This document shows, piece after piece, positions 7,234 to 14,866 of a stretch of 14,866 nt of DNA. Source of the stretch: Candidatus Margulisiibacteriota bacterium. GTDB taxonomy: Bacteria > Margulisbacteria > WOR-1 > O2-12-FULL-45-9. The stretch is taken from contig JBDRHP010000027.1 of NCBI GenBank assembly GCA_043816785.1, positions 1-14,866 of the forward strand. Direction: 5' to 3'. The notes below the pieces were generated by a model, which worked only from the letters and a program-made list of their open reading frames with translations, was not told the DNA's origin and did no database searches. The first letter of the stretch is position 1, and each line of letters starts with the position of its first letter. Both the position numbers and the translations under genes were made by a program.

Positions 7234-8460
7234 CTAAAAAGTCTTAAAAACCCTGATCAGGTCCCACATCGGCAGGTAGATGCCCAGGGCAAATAACAGC
7301 ACAACCAGTCCCAGGACAAAGATCAGGATCGGCTCCAGCATGGGAATAAGGTTCTTGATCGTGTAATCAGCCTCCCGATCAAAATAATCTGAGACCTTAT
7401 TGAGCATATCCTCCAGCATGCCGGACTTCTCGCCTATGGCGACCATGGAGATGGCGATCGGTGGAAAGATGCGGCTGCCTTTCATCGGCTCGGTCAGGCT
7501 CTTGCCCTGGGAAACCTCGTCTCGAATATCCAGGATCACCCGCGAGATCACCAGGTTATTAACAGTGGCTGCGGTGATGCTCAAAGCGTCCAGGATCGGG
7601 ATGCCGCTTTTTAACATGGCGGACATAACACGCGCGAAGCGTGAAAGAAATATCTTAGAAAAAAGCGGGCCAAAAACAGGCGTAGACAGCACCAAACGAT
7701 CCCAGGAATACCGCCCCCGCTCCGTATCAAGCGCGGTCTTAATTCCATAAGCTAAAATAAGGGCCGCCCCAATGATCCAACCCCAATAGTTCTGGACAAC
7801 ATGGTTGATGCCGATCAATATCCTGGTCGGCAAAGGCAGTTCAGCCTCAAAGGCGCTGAAAAAGCTGACAAAGCGCGGAATAACAAAGACCGTCAGGACC
7901 ACAAAGGCAATGACCAACGAGGCAACCACGATCAGCGGATAACGAATGGCGGTTTTTATTTTCTCAGATGTCTCCAGATCTTTTTCCAACAGCTGGGAAA
8001 CACGGTCCAGCTCCGTCCCCAGGATCCCAGCCTTCTCTCCCGCCCTGACCATGTTAATAATTAAAGAGGAAAAAATCTTCTGGTACTTTTCTAAAGCGTC
8101 TGAAAAGGTCGTGCCGCCTTCGATATCTCTTTTTACCGCAACAACAACGTCGCGAAATCTCTTGTTTTTTATCTGCTCCTGGACAGCCTCCAGGCCTTCG
8201 GTCAAAGGTACCCCAGCCTCAAGGATCGAAGCCAGCTGCCGGCTAAAGACGATCAACTCATCCTGTTTGACTTTTTGCCAGGAAGCCAGCCAGTCTGCGA
8301 TCTTTTCTACAAGCCCGCCTGTATCCTTCGCTGAGATCGTCACCGGAGTGTAGCCCATCTTTTCCAGCCGCAGGGCCACGGACTTGGAATCAGCCGCCTC
8401 CATAACTCCTTCGGTTGCCACACCGTAGCGGTCGCGGGCTTTAAAATTAAAGTTGGTCAA
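7234..8460 (-). CDS. pilC: Type IV pilus/T2SS inner-membrane platform protein, PilC/GspF family (MshG-like)
   Basis: FSRQLASILEAGVP, AGEKAG, YP..V, LPLPTRIL, GEKSG.LE.ML, EP.LI, LGIYLPMWDL. TTG start overlaps the ATPase stop by 14 bp. Confidence 0.92.
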   Translation of the reverse strand: MTNFNFKARDRYGVATEGVMEAADSKSVALRLEKMGYTPVTISAKDTGGLVEKIADWLASWQKVKQDELIVFSRQLASILEAGVPLTEGLEAVQEQIKNKRFRDVVVAVKRDIEGGTTFSDALEKYQKIFSSLIINMVRAGEKAGILGTELDRVSQLLEKDLETSEKIKTAIRYPLIVVASLVIAFVVLTVFVIPRFVSFFSAFEAELPLPTRILIGINHVVQNYWGWIIGAALILAYGIKTALDTERGRYSWDRLVLSTPVFGPLFSKIFLSRFARVMSAMLKSGIPILDALSITAATVNNLVISRVILDIRDEVSQGKSLTEPMKGSRIFPPIAISMVAIGEKSGMLEDMLNKVSDYFDREADYTIKNLIPMLEPILIFVLGLVVLLFALGIYLPMWDLIRVFKTF

Positions 8461-10127
8461 GCTGAGTCACCCTCATTACTTCATCAATGGTAGTTTTGCC
8501 GGCTAAAACCTTTGCTAGGCCGTCGCTGCGTAAAGTTTTCATGCCCGCCCTGAGCGCTGCCTGCTTTATTGCCGCGTCCGAAGCCTTGGCAAGTATCAAG
8601 TCACGGATCTCGTTATTAACGGTCAAGATCTCAAAAATACCGGTCCGTCCTCTGTAGCCAGAGTTATGGCAATTCTTGCAGCCTTTGCCTTTATAGAATT
8701 TATGCCCCTGGCTGGCATCAAGCCCGCTGCCGTCCAAAGCCTCTTTAGGCGGGGTGTAGGCAACCTTGCAGCGCGGACAGATCGTCCTGACCAGCCGCTG
8801 GGCAATAGCCGCGGCCACTGAAGACGCCGCCAAAAACGGCTCGATCCCCATGTCCAGTAAACGGGTCAAGCTGCCGGCCGCGTCATTTGTGTGCAGGGTG
8901 GAAAAGACCAGGTGGCCGGTCAAGGCCGCCTGGATGGCTACCCTGGCAGTTTGCAGGTCGCGCACCTCACCCACCAGGATCACGTCCGGATCCTGCCTCA
9001 GGATCGACCTAAGAGCATTGGTGTATTCTAAACCAGCCTTGGGATTGATCTGCGACTGGCGTATCCCGGCCAATTCGTATTCAACCGGGTCCTCAACAGT
9101 CATAATGTTTAAGTCTGGTTTAACAATATGGTTCAAGGTAGCATAAAGCGTGGTGGTTTTGCCCGAGCCAGTTGGCCCGGTTACCAGGATAATCCCATAG
9201 GGCCGCTTGATAATTTCCTCAAAGATTTTAAGATTTTCGTGCGATAAACCCAGCTCTTCCAGGCCAAACAGCACGTTGCTCTTGTCCAGCAGCCGCAGCA
9301 CCAGGGATTCGCCGTAGATCGTGGGATATGAAGACACCCGGACATCGATGGCTTTTTCTTCGGTCTTTAACTCAAAACGCCCGTCCTGGGGGCACCCGTG
9401 ATTCAGCAATATCCATCCTGGCCAAAACCTTGATGCGGGTAATGATCGAGGAATGCAAAAAAGTCGGCGCGTTGGTAACATCCTGCATAATACCGTCAAT
9501 GCGATAACGGACTCTCACTTGGCTTTCCGTCGGCTCAATATGGATATCAGAAGCTTTTTCCCTAGCCGCCCGCATGACCAGGAGGTTAACCAATTTAACG
9601 ATCGGGGCTTCCTCAACCGGCACGCCAGAGGGAACAGGCGGGGCTCCCCCTTCCAGCGGTCCAATGTTCTTGAGCAAATCATCAACTGACCCGGAAACGC
9701 CATAATACTGGTTAAGGGCGCTGTCAATATCGCTTAAGGAAGCCACCATCGGTTCAATATCACACCTGCTCTTGGTCCTGATCTCATCTAAGGCAAGAAT
9801 ATCAAAGGGATCCACCGTGGCAACAGTTAAAACATCGCCAACCTTAAACAAGGGCATTATTTTATATTTGTTGGCAGTGGGAAACGGCACCAGATTAATG
9901 ACTTTCTTATCAACCAGATAACTGGAGAGATCAACGCGGGGAATGTCCATTTCTTTTTCCAGAAAAGCGATCAGGGCTTTTTCATCAACTAAATTTCGTC
10001 TGAGGATGCTCTTGATCAGCGTGGTGCCGGCTGAGCGGCCTTCTTCGATCGCGGTCTTGATCTGTTCCTCCGAGAGCAGCCCGCTCTTAATTAAACTTTC
10101 CCGCAAGGACTTACTTTTATCAACCAT
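8447..10127 (-). pseudogene. pilB: PilB/GspE/MshE assembly ATPase interrupted by a +1 frameshift (real lesion or sequencing error)
   Basis: The 5' ORF (10127-9372) has ASDIHIEP and RYRIDG and ends MDIAESRVP. The 3' frame continues PQDGRF with Walker A GPTGSGKTT, EDPVE, RQDPDVILVGEVRD, GHLVFSTLHTN and CPRC/CKNC. Removing one G from G5 at 9388-9392 gives a single 559-aa ORF. Confidence 0.9.
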
Positions 10128-10137
10128 TGCCTACCCT

Positions 10138-10524
10138 TTACTTTTTCTTGTTGGCTAAAGTATCTTTTATCAGGGTTAAAAGCTCAGGCGTATTAAAGGG
10201 CTTGCTGACATAAGCATCGGCCCCCATTTCTAACCCCATGGCACGGTCTTTATCCTGGATCTTGGCCGTCAGCATAATGATCGGGATATGGCGAAATTTT
10301 TCATCAAATTTGAGCATGCGGGCAACTTTATAGCCATCCATTTTAGGCAGCATGATATCCAGCAGGATCAAATCCGGCCGACCGGTCCTGGCCTTTTCCA
10401 AGGCCTCCTGGCCGTCGCCAGCGGAAATCACCGCGTAGCCTTGCGATGTTAACAACAATGTCAGCATCGAGGCAACGTCAGGCTCGTCATCAACCACCAG
10501 TATTTTTCTTACTTCCTCGGTCAT
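10138..10524 (-). CDS. Stand-alone response regulator receiver domain protein (CheY/PilH-like)
   Basis: ILVVDDE, phosphoacceptor LILLDIMLPKMDG, IIMLTA, YVSKPF. 128 aa with no output domain. Confidence 0.92.
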   Translation of the reverse strand: MTEEVRKILVVDDEPDVASMLTLLLTSQGYAVISAGDGQEALEKARTGRPDLILLDIMLPKMDGYKVARMLKFDEKFRHIPIIMLTAKIQDKDRAMGLEMGADAYVSKPFNTPELLTLIKDTLANKKK

Positions 10525-10534
10525 AATCTGCGAA

Positions 10535-10558
10535 AATTATAACATACATGCTATAATT
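10535..10558. promoter_or_regulatory. Bidirectional back-to-back extended -10 promoters
   Basis: TGcTATAAT on + (10549-10557) and TGtTATAAT on - (10544-10536). Together they form the inverted repeat aattataacat-ac-atgctataatt. Confidence 0.7.
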
Positions 10559-10578
10559 ATGTAAGAGGAAGATTGATC

Positions 10579-11664
10579 ATGGTTTACCGACTGGAAAAAG
10601 CGATCCTGGTCAGCGTTGAGCTGCAAAATCAGCCGGGGGTTCCCCTGCGCGAATCGTTAGCAGAACTAGCCAGACTGGCTGATACAGCAAAGGCACTGGT
10701 CGTTGGCATACTCAGCCAAAAACGGCCCAGGCCTGATCTAAGGCATTTTATTGGTAAGGGTAAACTAGCTGAGCTGCAGGCCCTGGTAGCTGCTCGGGAC
10801 GCCAACCTGGTTATTTTTGATGCAGAGCTCTCTGCTTCCCAGGAAAGGAACCTGGAAAACGATTTAGGCGTAAAAGTTGTTGACCGCACAGAACTGATCT
10901 TAGACATCTTTGCCCAGCACGCCCGCAGCCGCGAAGGCAACCTGCAGGTCGAGCTGGCGCAGTCAGTATTCCTCCTGACCCGCTTGTCCGGCCAGGGGAT
11001 ACATATGTCACGGTTAGGCGGCGGTATCGGCACCAGGGGTCCGGGAGAGACAAAACTGGAATCTGACAGGCGACGGATCAGAAAAAGGATCTCCGAGCTT
11101 AACAAAGAGATCGAAAAAGTCAGAAAAGATCGCGCGCTGCGCCGGGATAAAAGAAAAAAAAGCCAGTTACCCATCGCGGCCCTGGTCGGCTACACTAATT
11201 CAGGGAAATCAACCTTGCTCAATGCTTTGACCAGCGCCGGCGTCCTGGTCGAAGATAAGCTTTTCGCCACGCTGGATACCACGGTCCGGCGGCTGCAACT
11301 GCCGGGCGAACAAATGGTCCTAATCACCGACACTGTCGGCTTTATCCAAAAACTTCCCCACCAGCTGGTGGCGGCTTTCCGGGCAACACTGGAAGAAGTA
11401 ACTGAGGCGGACTTGCTGCTGCATGTTGTCGACCTCTCCCACCCAAATTTTGAACATCAGATCAGCGCGGTCTATGCGGTCTTGGAAGAATTGGGCGCAG
11501 TAACCAAGCCAATAATAACAATTTTCAATAAAATTGATTGTCTGGACAATAAAGTGCCGAAAGAACTCCTGCTTAAATATCAACCAGCTGTAGCTATTTC
11601 TGCTCTTGAGGGAAAGGGGCTGGAAGAAGTTAAGGGATTGCTGGCTAAATTTGCCGCCCGATAG
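10579..11664 (+). CDS. hflX: GTPase HflX (short form lacking the C-terminal domain)
   Basis: [31 protein letters not shown]1 [10 protein letters not shown]2 LFATLD, G3 DTVGF, G4 NKID, G5 SAL. ATG at 10579 with GAGGA at 10565-10569. Confidence 0.96.
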   Translation: MVYRLEKAILVSVELQNQPGVPLRESLAELARLADTAKALVVGILSQKRPRPDLRHFIGKGKLAELQALVAARDANLVIFDAELSASQERNLENDLGVKVVDRTELILDIFAQHARSREGNLQVELAQSVFLLTRLSGQGIHMSRLGGGIGTRGPGETKLESDRRRIRKRISELNKEIEKVRKDRALRRDKRKKSQLPIAALVGYTNSGKSTLLNALTSAGVLVEDKLFATLDTTVRRLQLPGEQMVLITDTVGFIQKLPHQLVAAFRATLEEVTEADLLLHVVDLSHPNFEHQISAVYAVLEELGAVTKPIITIFNKIDCLDNKVPKELLLKYQPAVAISALEGKGLEEVKGLLAKFAAR

Positions 11665-12664
11665 CCCGAGCCACCTGTTGTAATTCCTTCATTAATCCGG
11701 CAAAAGTATCTGGTTTTAATGATTGGGCCCCATCAGAAAATGCTTCCTCAGGTCGGGGATGGACCTCGATGAGTAAACCATCCGCTCCTGCGGCAATACT
11801 GGCTTTGGCCATGGCTGGCACCAGGTCCCACTCTCCAGTGCCATGGCTGGGGTCAACAATAACCGGCAGGTGAGACAGCTTCTTGATCACCGGCACGGCA
11901 TTAAGGTCCAGGGTGTTGCGGGTGGCTGGCTCAAAGGTCTTGATCCCTCGTTCACATAAAATGACCTTTTTATTGCCTTCGGAAAGAATATATTCGGCCG
12001 ACATTAATAGATCTGTAATAGTTGAGCCAGGGCCACGCTTTAAAATAACTGGTTTTTTTGTTTTGCCAACCTCTTTAAGCAAATTGAAGTTCTGCATGTT
12101 GCGCGCGCCAATCTGCAAGATGTCCGCGTACTTGGCCACCAGGTCAACCTCTCTGGTATCCATCACTTCTGTCACGATCGGCAAGCCGGTCTTTTTCCTG
12201 GCCGCAGCCAAGTATTTCAGCCCCTCTTCACCCAACCCTTGAAAAGCATAAGGAGAAGTTCGCGGTTTAAACGCCCCGCCCCGCAAGGCCACGGCACCAG
12301 CTTTTTTAACTGCTTCCGCGATCTCTAAAATTCCTGCCTTGCTTTCCACGGAACAAGGCCCAGCAATGATCGCGATCTTTTGATCCGCCCCAATGGCCAG
12401 ATCCTTACTGATCTTAACTACTGTGTCTTTGTCATTAAATTCACGGCTGACCAGCTTATACGGTTTTCTGATCGGCACGATCTCGGAAACACCGGGCAGC
12501 ATTTGGATGGTTTGAAGCTCGATAGCTGTCTTATCGCCGATCGCGCCAATAACCGTGCGCTCAACGCCTTTAGAAAGATGAATGCCAAAGCCGTGCTGTT
12601 TTAATTTTTCAACAACCTGATTGATCTGCTCATCACTGGCATTCGGCTTCATGATAATGATCAT
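11645..12664 (-). CDS. aroF: 3-deoxy-7-phosphoheptulonate (DAHP) synthase, class I-beta with N-terminal regulatory domain
   Basis: [69 protein letters not shown] at 12681-12674 lies inside the last codons of aroH. Confidence 0.96.
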   Translation of the reverse strand: MIIIMKPNASDEQINQVVEKLKQHGFGIHLSKGVERTVIGAIGDKTAIELQTIQMLPGVSEIVPIRKPYKLVSREFNDKDTVVKISKDLAIGADQKIAIIAGPCSVESKAGILEIAEAVKKAGAVALRGGAFKPRTSPYAFQGLGEEGLKYLAAARKKTGLPIVTEVMDTREVDLVAKYADILQIGARNMQNFNLLKEVGKTKKPVILKRGPGSTITDLLMSAEYILSEGNKKVILCERGIKTFEPATRNTLDLNAVPVIKKLSHLPVIVDPSHGTGEWDLVPAMAKASIAAGADGLLIEVHPRPEEAFSDGAQSLKPDTFAGLMKELQQVARAIGRQI

Positions 12665-12671
12665 CAGCTGC

Positions 12672-13022
12672 CTACCTCCTTAAACCAACAGCGGCTCTTA
12701 AGTAGCTATGTTTGATCTCAACCTGGGGTTTTTGGCTGTTAACATGCAGGAGGACCCGGATACACTTGGGCAAGCTGCCAGGCACATTGATCTCAAGATT
12801 GCACAGCAATGGGGTTATTTGCCAGCCCATTTCTCTGGCAGCGGCCGCGGGAAATTCCGCGTCCAAGTCCTGGGTCACGGTAAAAACTATTGAGGCAATG
12901 TCCTCGATTTGCAGCTCATTAACGCGCTGGATCTCGGTCAAAAGCTCCTTGGTCGCGGCCAGGATCTCGGCTTTGGCGTTTTTTTCAACTGTGGTTGCCC
13001 CTCTAATTCCTCTAATTGGCAT
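12672..13022 (-). CDS. aroH: Chorismate mutase, AroH class
   Basis: [58 protein letters not shown] upstream. Confidence 0.95.
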   Translation of the reverse strand: MPIRGIRGATTVEKNAKAEILAATKELLTEIQRVNELQIEDIASIVFTVTQDLDAEFPAAAAREMGWQITPLLCNLEINVPGSLPKCIRVLLHVNSQKPQVEIKHSYLRAAVGLRR

Positions 13023-13060
13023 CCCGATCTCCTTATTATTATATTTTAATGTGTTTCGGG

Positions 13061-13094
13061 ATCCCGGCTTCCGACAAAGTCGGAACGTCGGGAT
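13061..13094. repeat. REP-like GC-rich hairpin between birA and aroH
   Basis: atcccggc-ttccgac-aaa-gtcggaa-c-gtcgggat: perfect 7-bp inner stem plus an 8-bp outer stem with one G-T pair and a bulge. No U-tract on either strand. Confidence 0.75.
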
Positions 13095-13107
13095 AGCAGA
13101 GATGGTA

Positions 13108-13656
13108 TCAAATTTCCGTTAAATAAGCAAGATACTCTCTATCCAGCTCATTGAGCAGCTTGTCTCGCACAAGCTGGAGATCATATTCATTGTTGGTAGC
13201 AATGCGCAAGGAAGTGGCTGTGTTTATTATGTCTTCTGGAAACGAGCCGGGCTGATTATTAACATTAAAGCCAATGCCAATGATCAGCTGGCCAGTAACC
13301 ACCCGCTCAACCAGCACGCCGCAAATTTTTTTGTTATTCAAGATCACGTCGTTGGGCAGTTTAATTTTCGCTTCCAGGCCACAAAGCTGGCTAATCAGGC
13401 TAACAACCGAACTGGCGCCGATCGCAGTGATCAGTACAAGTTCCTTGGGGTTTTTATATGGTTTAACGATCGCCGAAAGATAAAGGCCCACTCCAGGCGG
13501 AGAAAACCAGCCAAAGCCTGGTTTGCCGCGACCCTTGGATTGCGCATCAGCAATGATCACCGTGCCTTCCCCAGCGCCTTTGCTGATCAAGCGCTTTGCC
13601 TCATCATTGGTCGAGTCAATTTCACTATAATGGATTATTTTTTTTCCGATAATCAT
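13108..13656 (-). CDS. birA: Biotin--[acetyl-CoA-carboxylase] ligase, catalytic domain only
   Basis: [50 protein letters not shown]. No N-terminal HTH and no C-terminal SH3-like domain. Confidence 0.88.
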   Translation of the reverse strand: MIIGKKIIHYSEIDSTNDEAKRLISKGAGEGTVIIADAQSKGRGKPGFGWFSPPGVGLYLSAIVKPYKNPKELVLITAIGASSVVSLISQLCGLEAKIKLPNDVILNNKKICGVLVERVVTGQLIIGIGFNVNNQPGSFPEDIINTATSLRIATNNEYDLQLVRDKLLNELDREYLAYLTEI

Positions 13657-13659
13657 TTT

Positions 13660-13881
13660 ATCCTCACCCCATCCCTTCTTTTACCTCATCCCAATTTTCT
13701 AAACAATTGCTCACTTTATCTTTTATGCCCTTCTCCATCGGAGATGGAGAAGGGTTAGTCTCTTAGTTTTGTGATGCTTTTTTTCTTCCCCTTTGATCAC
13801 AGACTTGCCCCCTCTCCATTTGTAATGGAGAGGGGGCACAAACCTCACAACAATCAATTAACCAATAATCGGGGTGAGGAT
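13660..13881. mobile_element. MITE/REP-like dumbbell element with 11-bp terminal inverted repeats and two related internal hairpins
   Basis: atcctcacccc (13660-13670) and ggggtgaggat (13871-13881). Perfect 12-bp stem at 13728-13754 and perfect 15-bp stem at 13806-13838, both CCC(T/C)TCTCCAT...ATGGAGA(A/G)GGG with 3-nt loops. Mobility is inferred only. Confidence 0.6.
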
Positions 13882-13920
13882 TAAAATAAGAAGGCCCTCG
13901 CGTTTCCGCCAGGGCCTTCT
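13882..13920 (-). terminator. Intrinsic terminator of the outer-membrane protein gene
   Basis: Minus strand: agaaggccct-g-gcg-GAAA-cgc-g-agggccttct followed by tatttta, 22 bp after the stop codon. Confidence 0.8.
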
Positions 13921-13942
13921 CTTAAACTCACCCAACAGCCAA

Positions 13943-14866
13943 TTAGAACGAATACAACAGCCCTAAAGCTGCTATGTCAGAAGTATCATTGGTTGCTTTA
14001 TCCTGATGGATGCGATAGCTGGCATCCAAGGTTGTATTGGGAGCAACCGCGTACAAAATCCCACCTTGAGCAGTTAACCTGCCATTGGGGGACTCATACT
14101 TATAATCTGACTGCAGTCTCAGATCTCCCTTACCAACCAATTTGATATCATCTGATACGGCTTGCACCACCTCACCGCCAAGGTTAACGGTTCCATTCGC
14201 CAGCGGACGGCTGAAGCTGTCAAAACCAGCAAAATCAAACTCAGCCGCTGAAAAAGATGAATTAATGAATTCTGAACCGATCTTGGAAGCGCGGATCACT
14301 GCGACGGTCCCTGTATCCCAAACGTCATTCAACGCCAGAGACCCAGCAACCATCAAGTTCTTACTTTGAGTGCCGCCCAGAGCTAGCGTTCCGCCGGCTT
14401 CGATCTTTTCTCCAAGAGGAGCAGCCATCGCAATGGTCGCTCGCATATCCCTGGAGGAAGACGAGAACATGCCAGAGGAAACATAATGACCCGTGCCCAC
14501 TAATTCGAATTTGTCCACAACAGGAACGCCTTCGAAAGCATAGCCAACAGTTCCGCTGATCTCGCTAGCGGTAACTCTGCCAGAAGCTGCATGACCTAAA
14601 GCTGTGTAGCCGCCGGAAACATCAGCGCCCCACAGTGTAGTGGCGCCAGAAACTCCCGTAGACGGTCGCAGATAGGTAACACCGACTTCGCTGGGCAGAG
14701 GACCAGCCGCGTCAGCCACATGCTGCTTGTTGCCAGGACCAACAGCCACTTTCAAGTCTACCGGATCGGCCAGGCCAAAAGCCGCTAGATTGAGCTTTAG
14801 TTTGGATTCGACATCCAAAAGCTCGGTAGCCAAAATACCACCAGTGGTGGTCTGACCATCATTGAA
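13943..14866 (-). CDS. 5'-truncated outer-membrane beta-barrel/porin-like protein
   Basis: Frame stays open to the window edge (FNDGQTTTGGILATELL...). Alternating amphipathic strands and a C-terminal beta-signal ALGLLYSF ending in Phe. Confidence 0.75.
   Translation of the reverse strand, partial: FNDGQTTTGGILATELLDVESKLKLNLAAFGLADPVDLKVAVGPGNKQHVADAAGPLPSEVGVTYLRPSTGVSGATTLWGADVSGGYTALGHAASGRVTASEISGTVGYAFEGVPVVDKFELVGTGHYVSSGMFSSSSRDMRATIAMAAPLGEKIEAGGTLALGGTQSKNLMVAGSLALNDVWDTGTVAVIRASKIGSEFINSSFSAAEFDFAGFDSFSRPLANGTVNLGGEVVQAVSDDIKLVGKGDLRLQSDYKYESPNGRLTAQGGILYAVAPNTTLDASYRIHQDKATNDTSDIAALGLLYSF

Noticed and set aside
8447..9499. Independent 350-aa ATPase gene plus a separate 251-aa gene
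   Set aside because: The first ~36 residues are off-frame translation. The two ORFs join exactly at the conserved PQDGR motif.
13038..13043. TATAAT on the minus strand as an aroH promoter
   Set aside because: No -35 or TG extension, and the predicted start would fall within the SD. Not supportable from sequence alone.
13638..13645. A8 run at the start of birA as a phase-variable tract
   Set aside because: It is in frame (Gly-Lys-Lys-Ile), and A-runs of this size occur elsewhere in the window.
13540..13758. 72-aa + strand ORF running into the dumbbell element
   Set aside because: It is antisense to birA, and its tail (PSPSEMEKG) is just the translation of a palindrome.

Overview
Bacterial window with four blocks. 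(1) 1-6472 (+): a cell-surface cluster. A 5'-truncated Thr-linker/IPT-like protein and two tandem paralogous beta-helix proteins all end in an Ig-like domain resembling FlgD-Ig/T9SS C-terminal sorting domains (CTDs). They are followed by a PorV/FadL-like outer-membrane barrel fused to SLH domains. (2) 6473-10524 (-): an MSHA-like type IV pilus module with a stand-alone receiver protein, a PilB/MshE ATPase split by one extra base in a G5 run, PilC/MshG, and a pilin with its own near-consensus promoter. (3) Housekeeping genes: hflX (+) and birA-aroH-aroF (-). (4) The 3' part of an outer-membrane beta-barrel gene (-). Several intergenic spacers hold structured DNA: two related arrays of inverted short motifs, a ~220 bp dumbbell/MITE-like element and a REP-like hairpin. 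SLH fused to an OM barrel, AroH and a class I-beta DAHP synthase suggest a diderm Terrabacterium (possibly Saganbacteria/Margulisbacteria-like; inference only). The best candidate for a new system is a T9SS-like 'CTD cargo + PorV-SLH' surface-display module outside Bacteroidota. All family calls come from motif recognition by eye; no searches were run.
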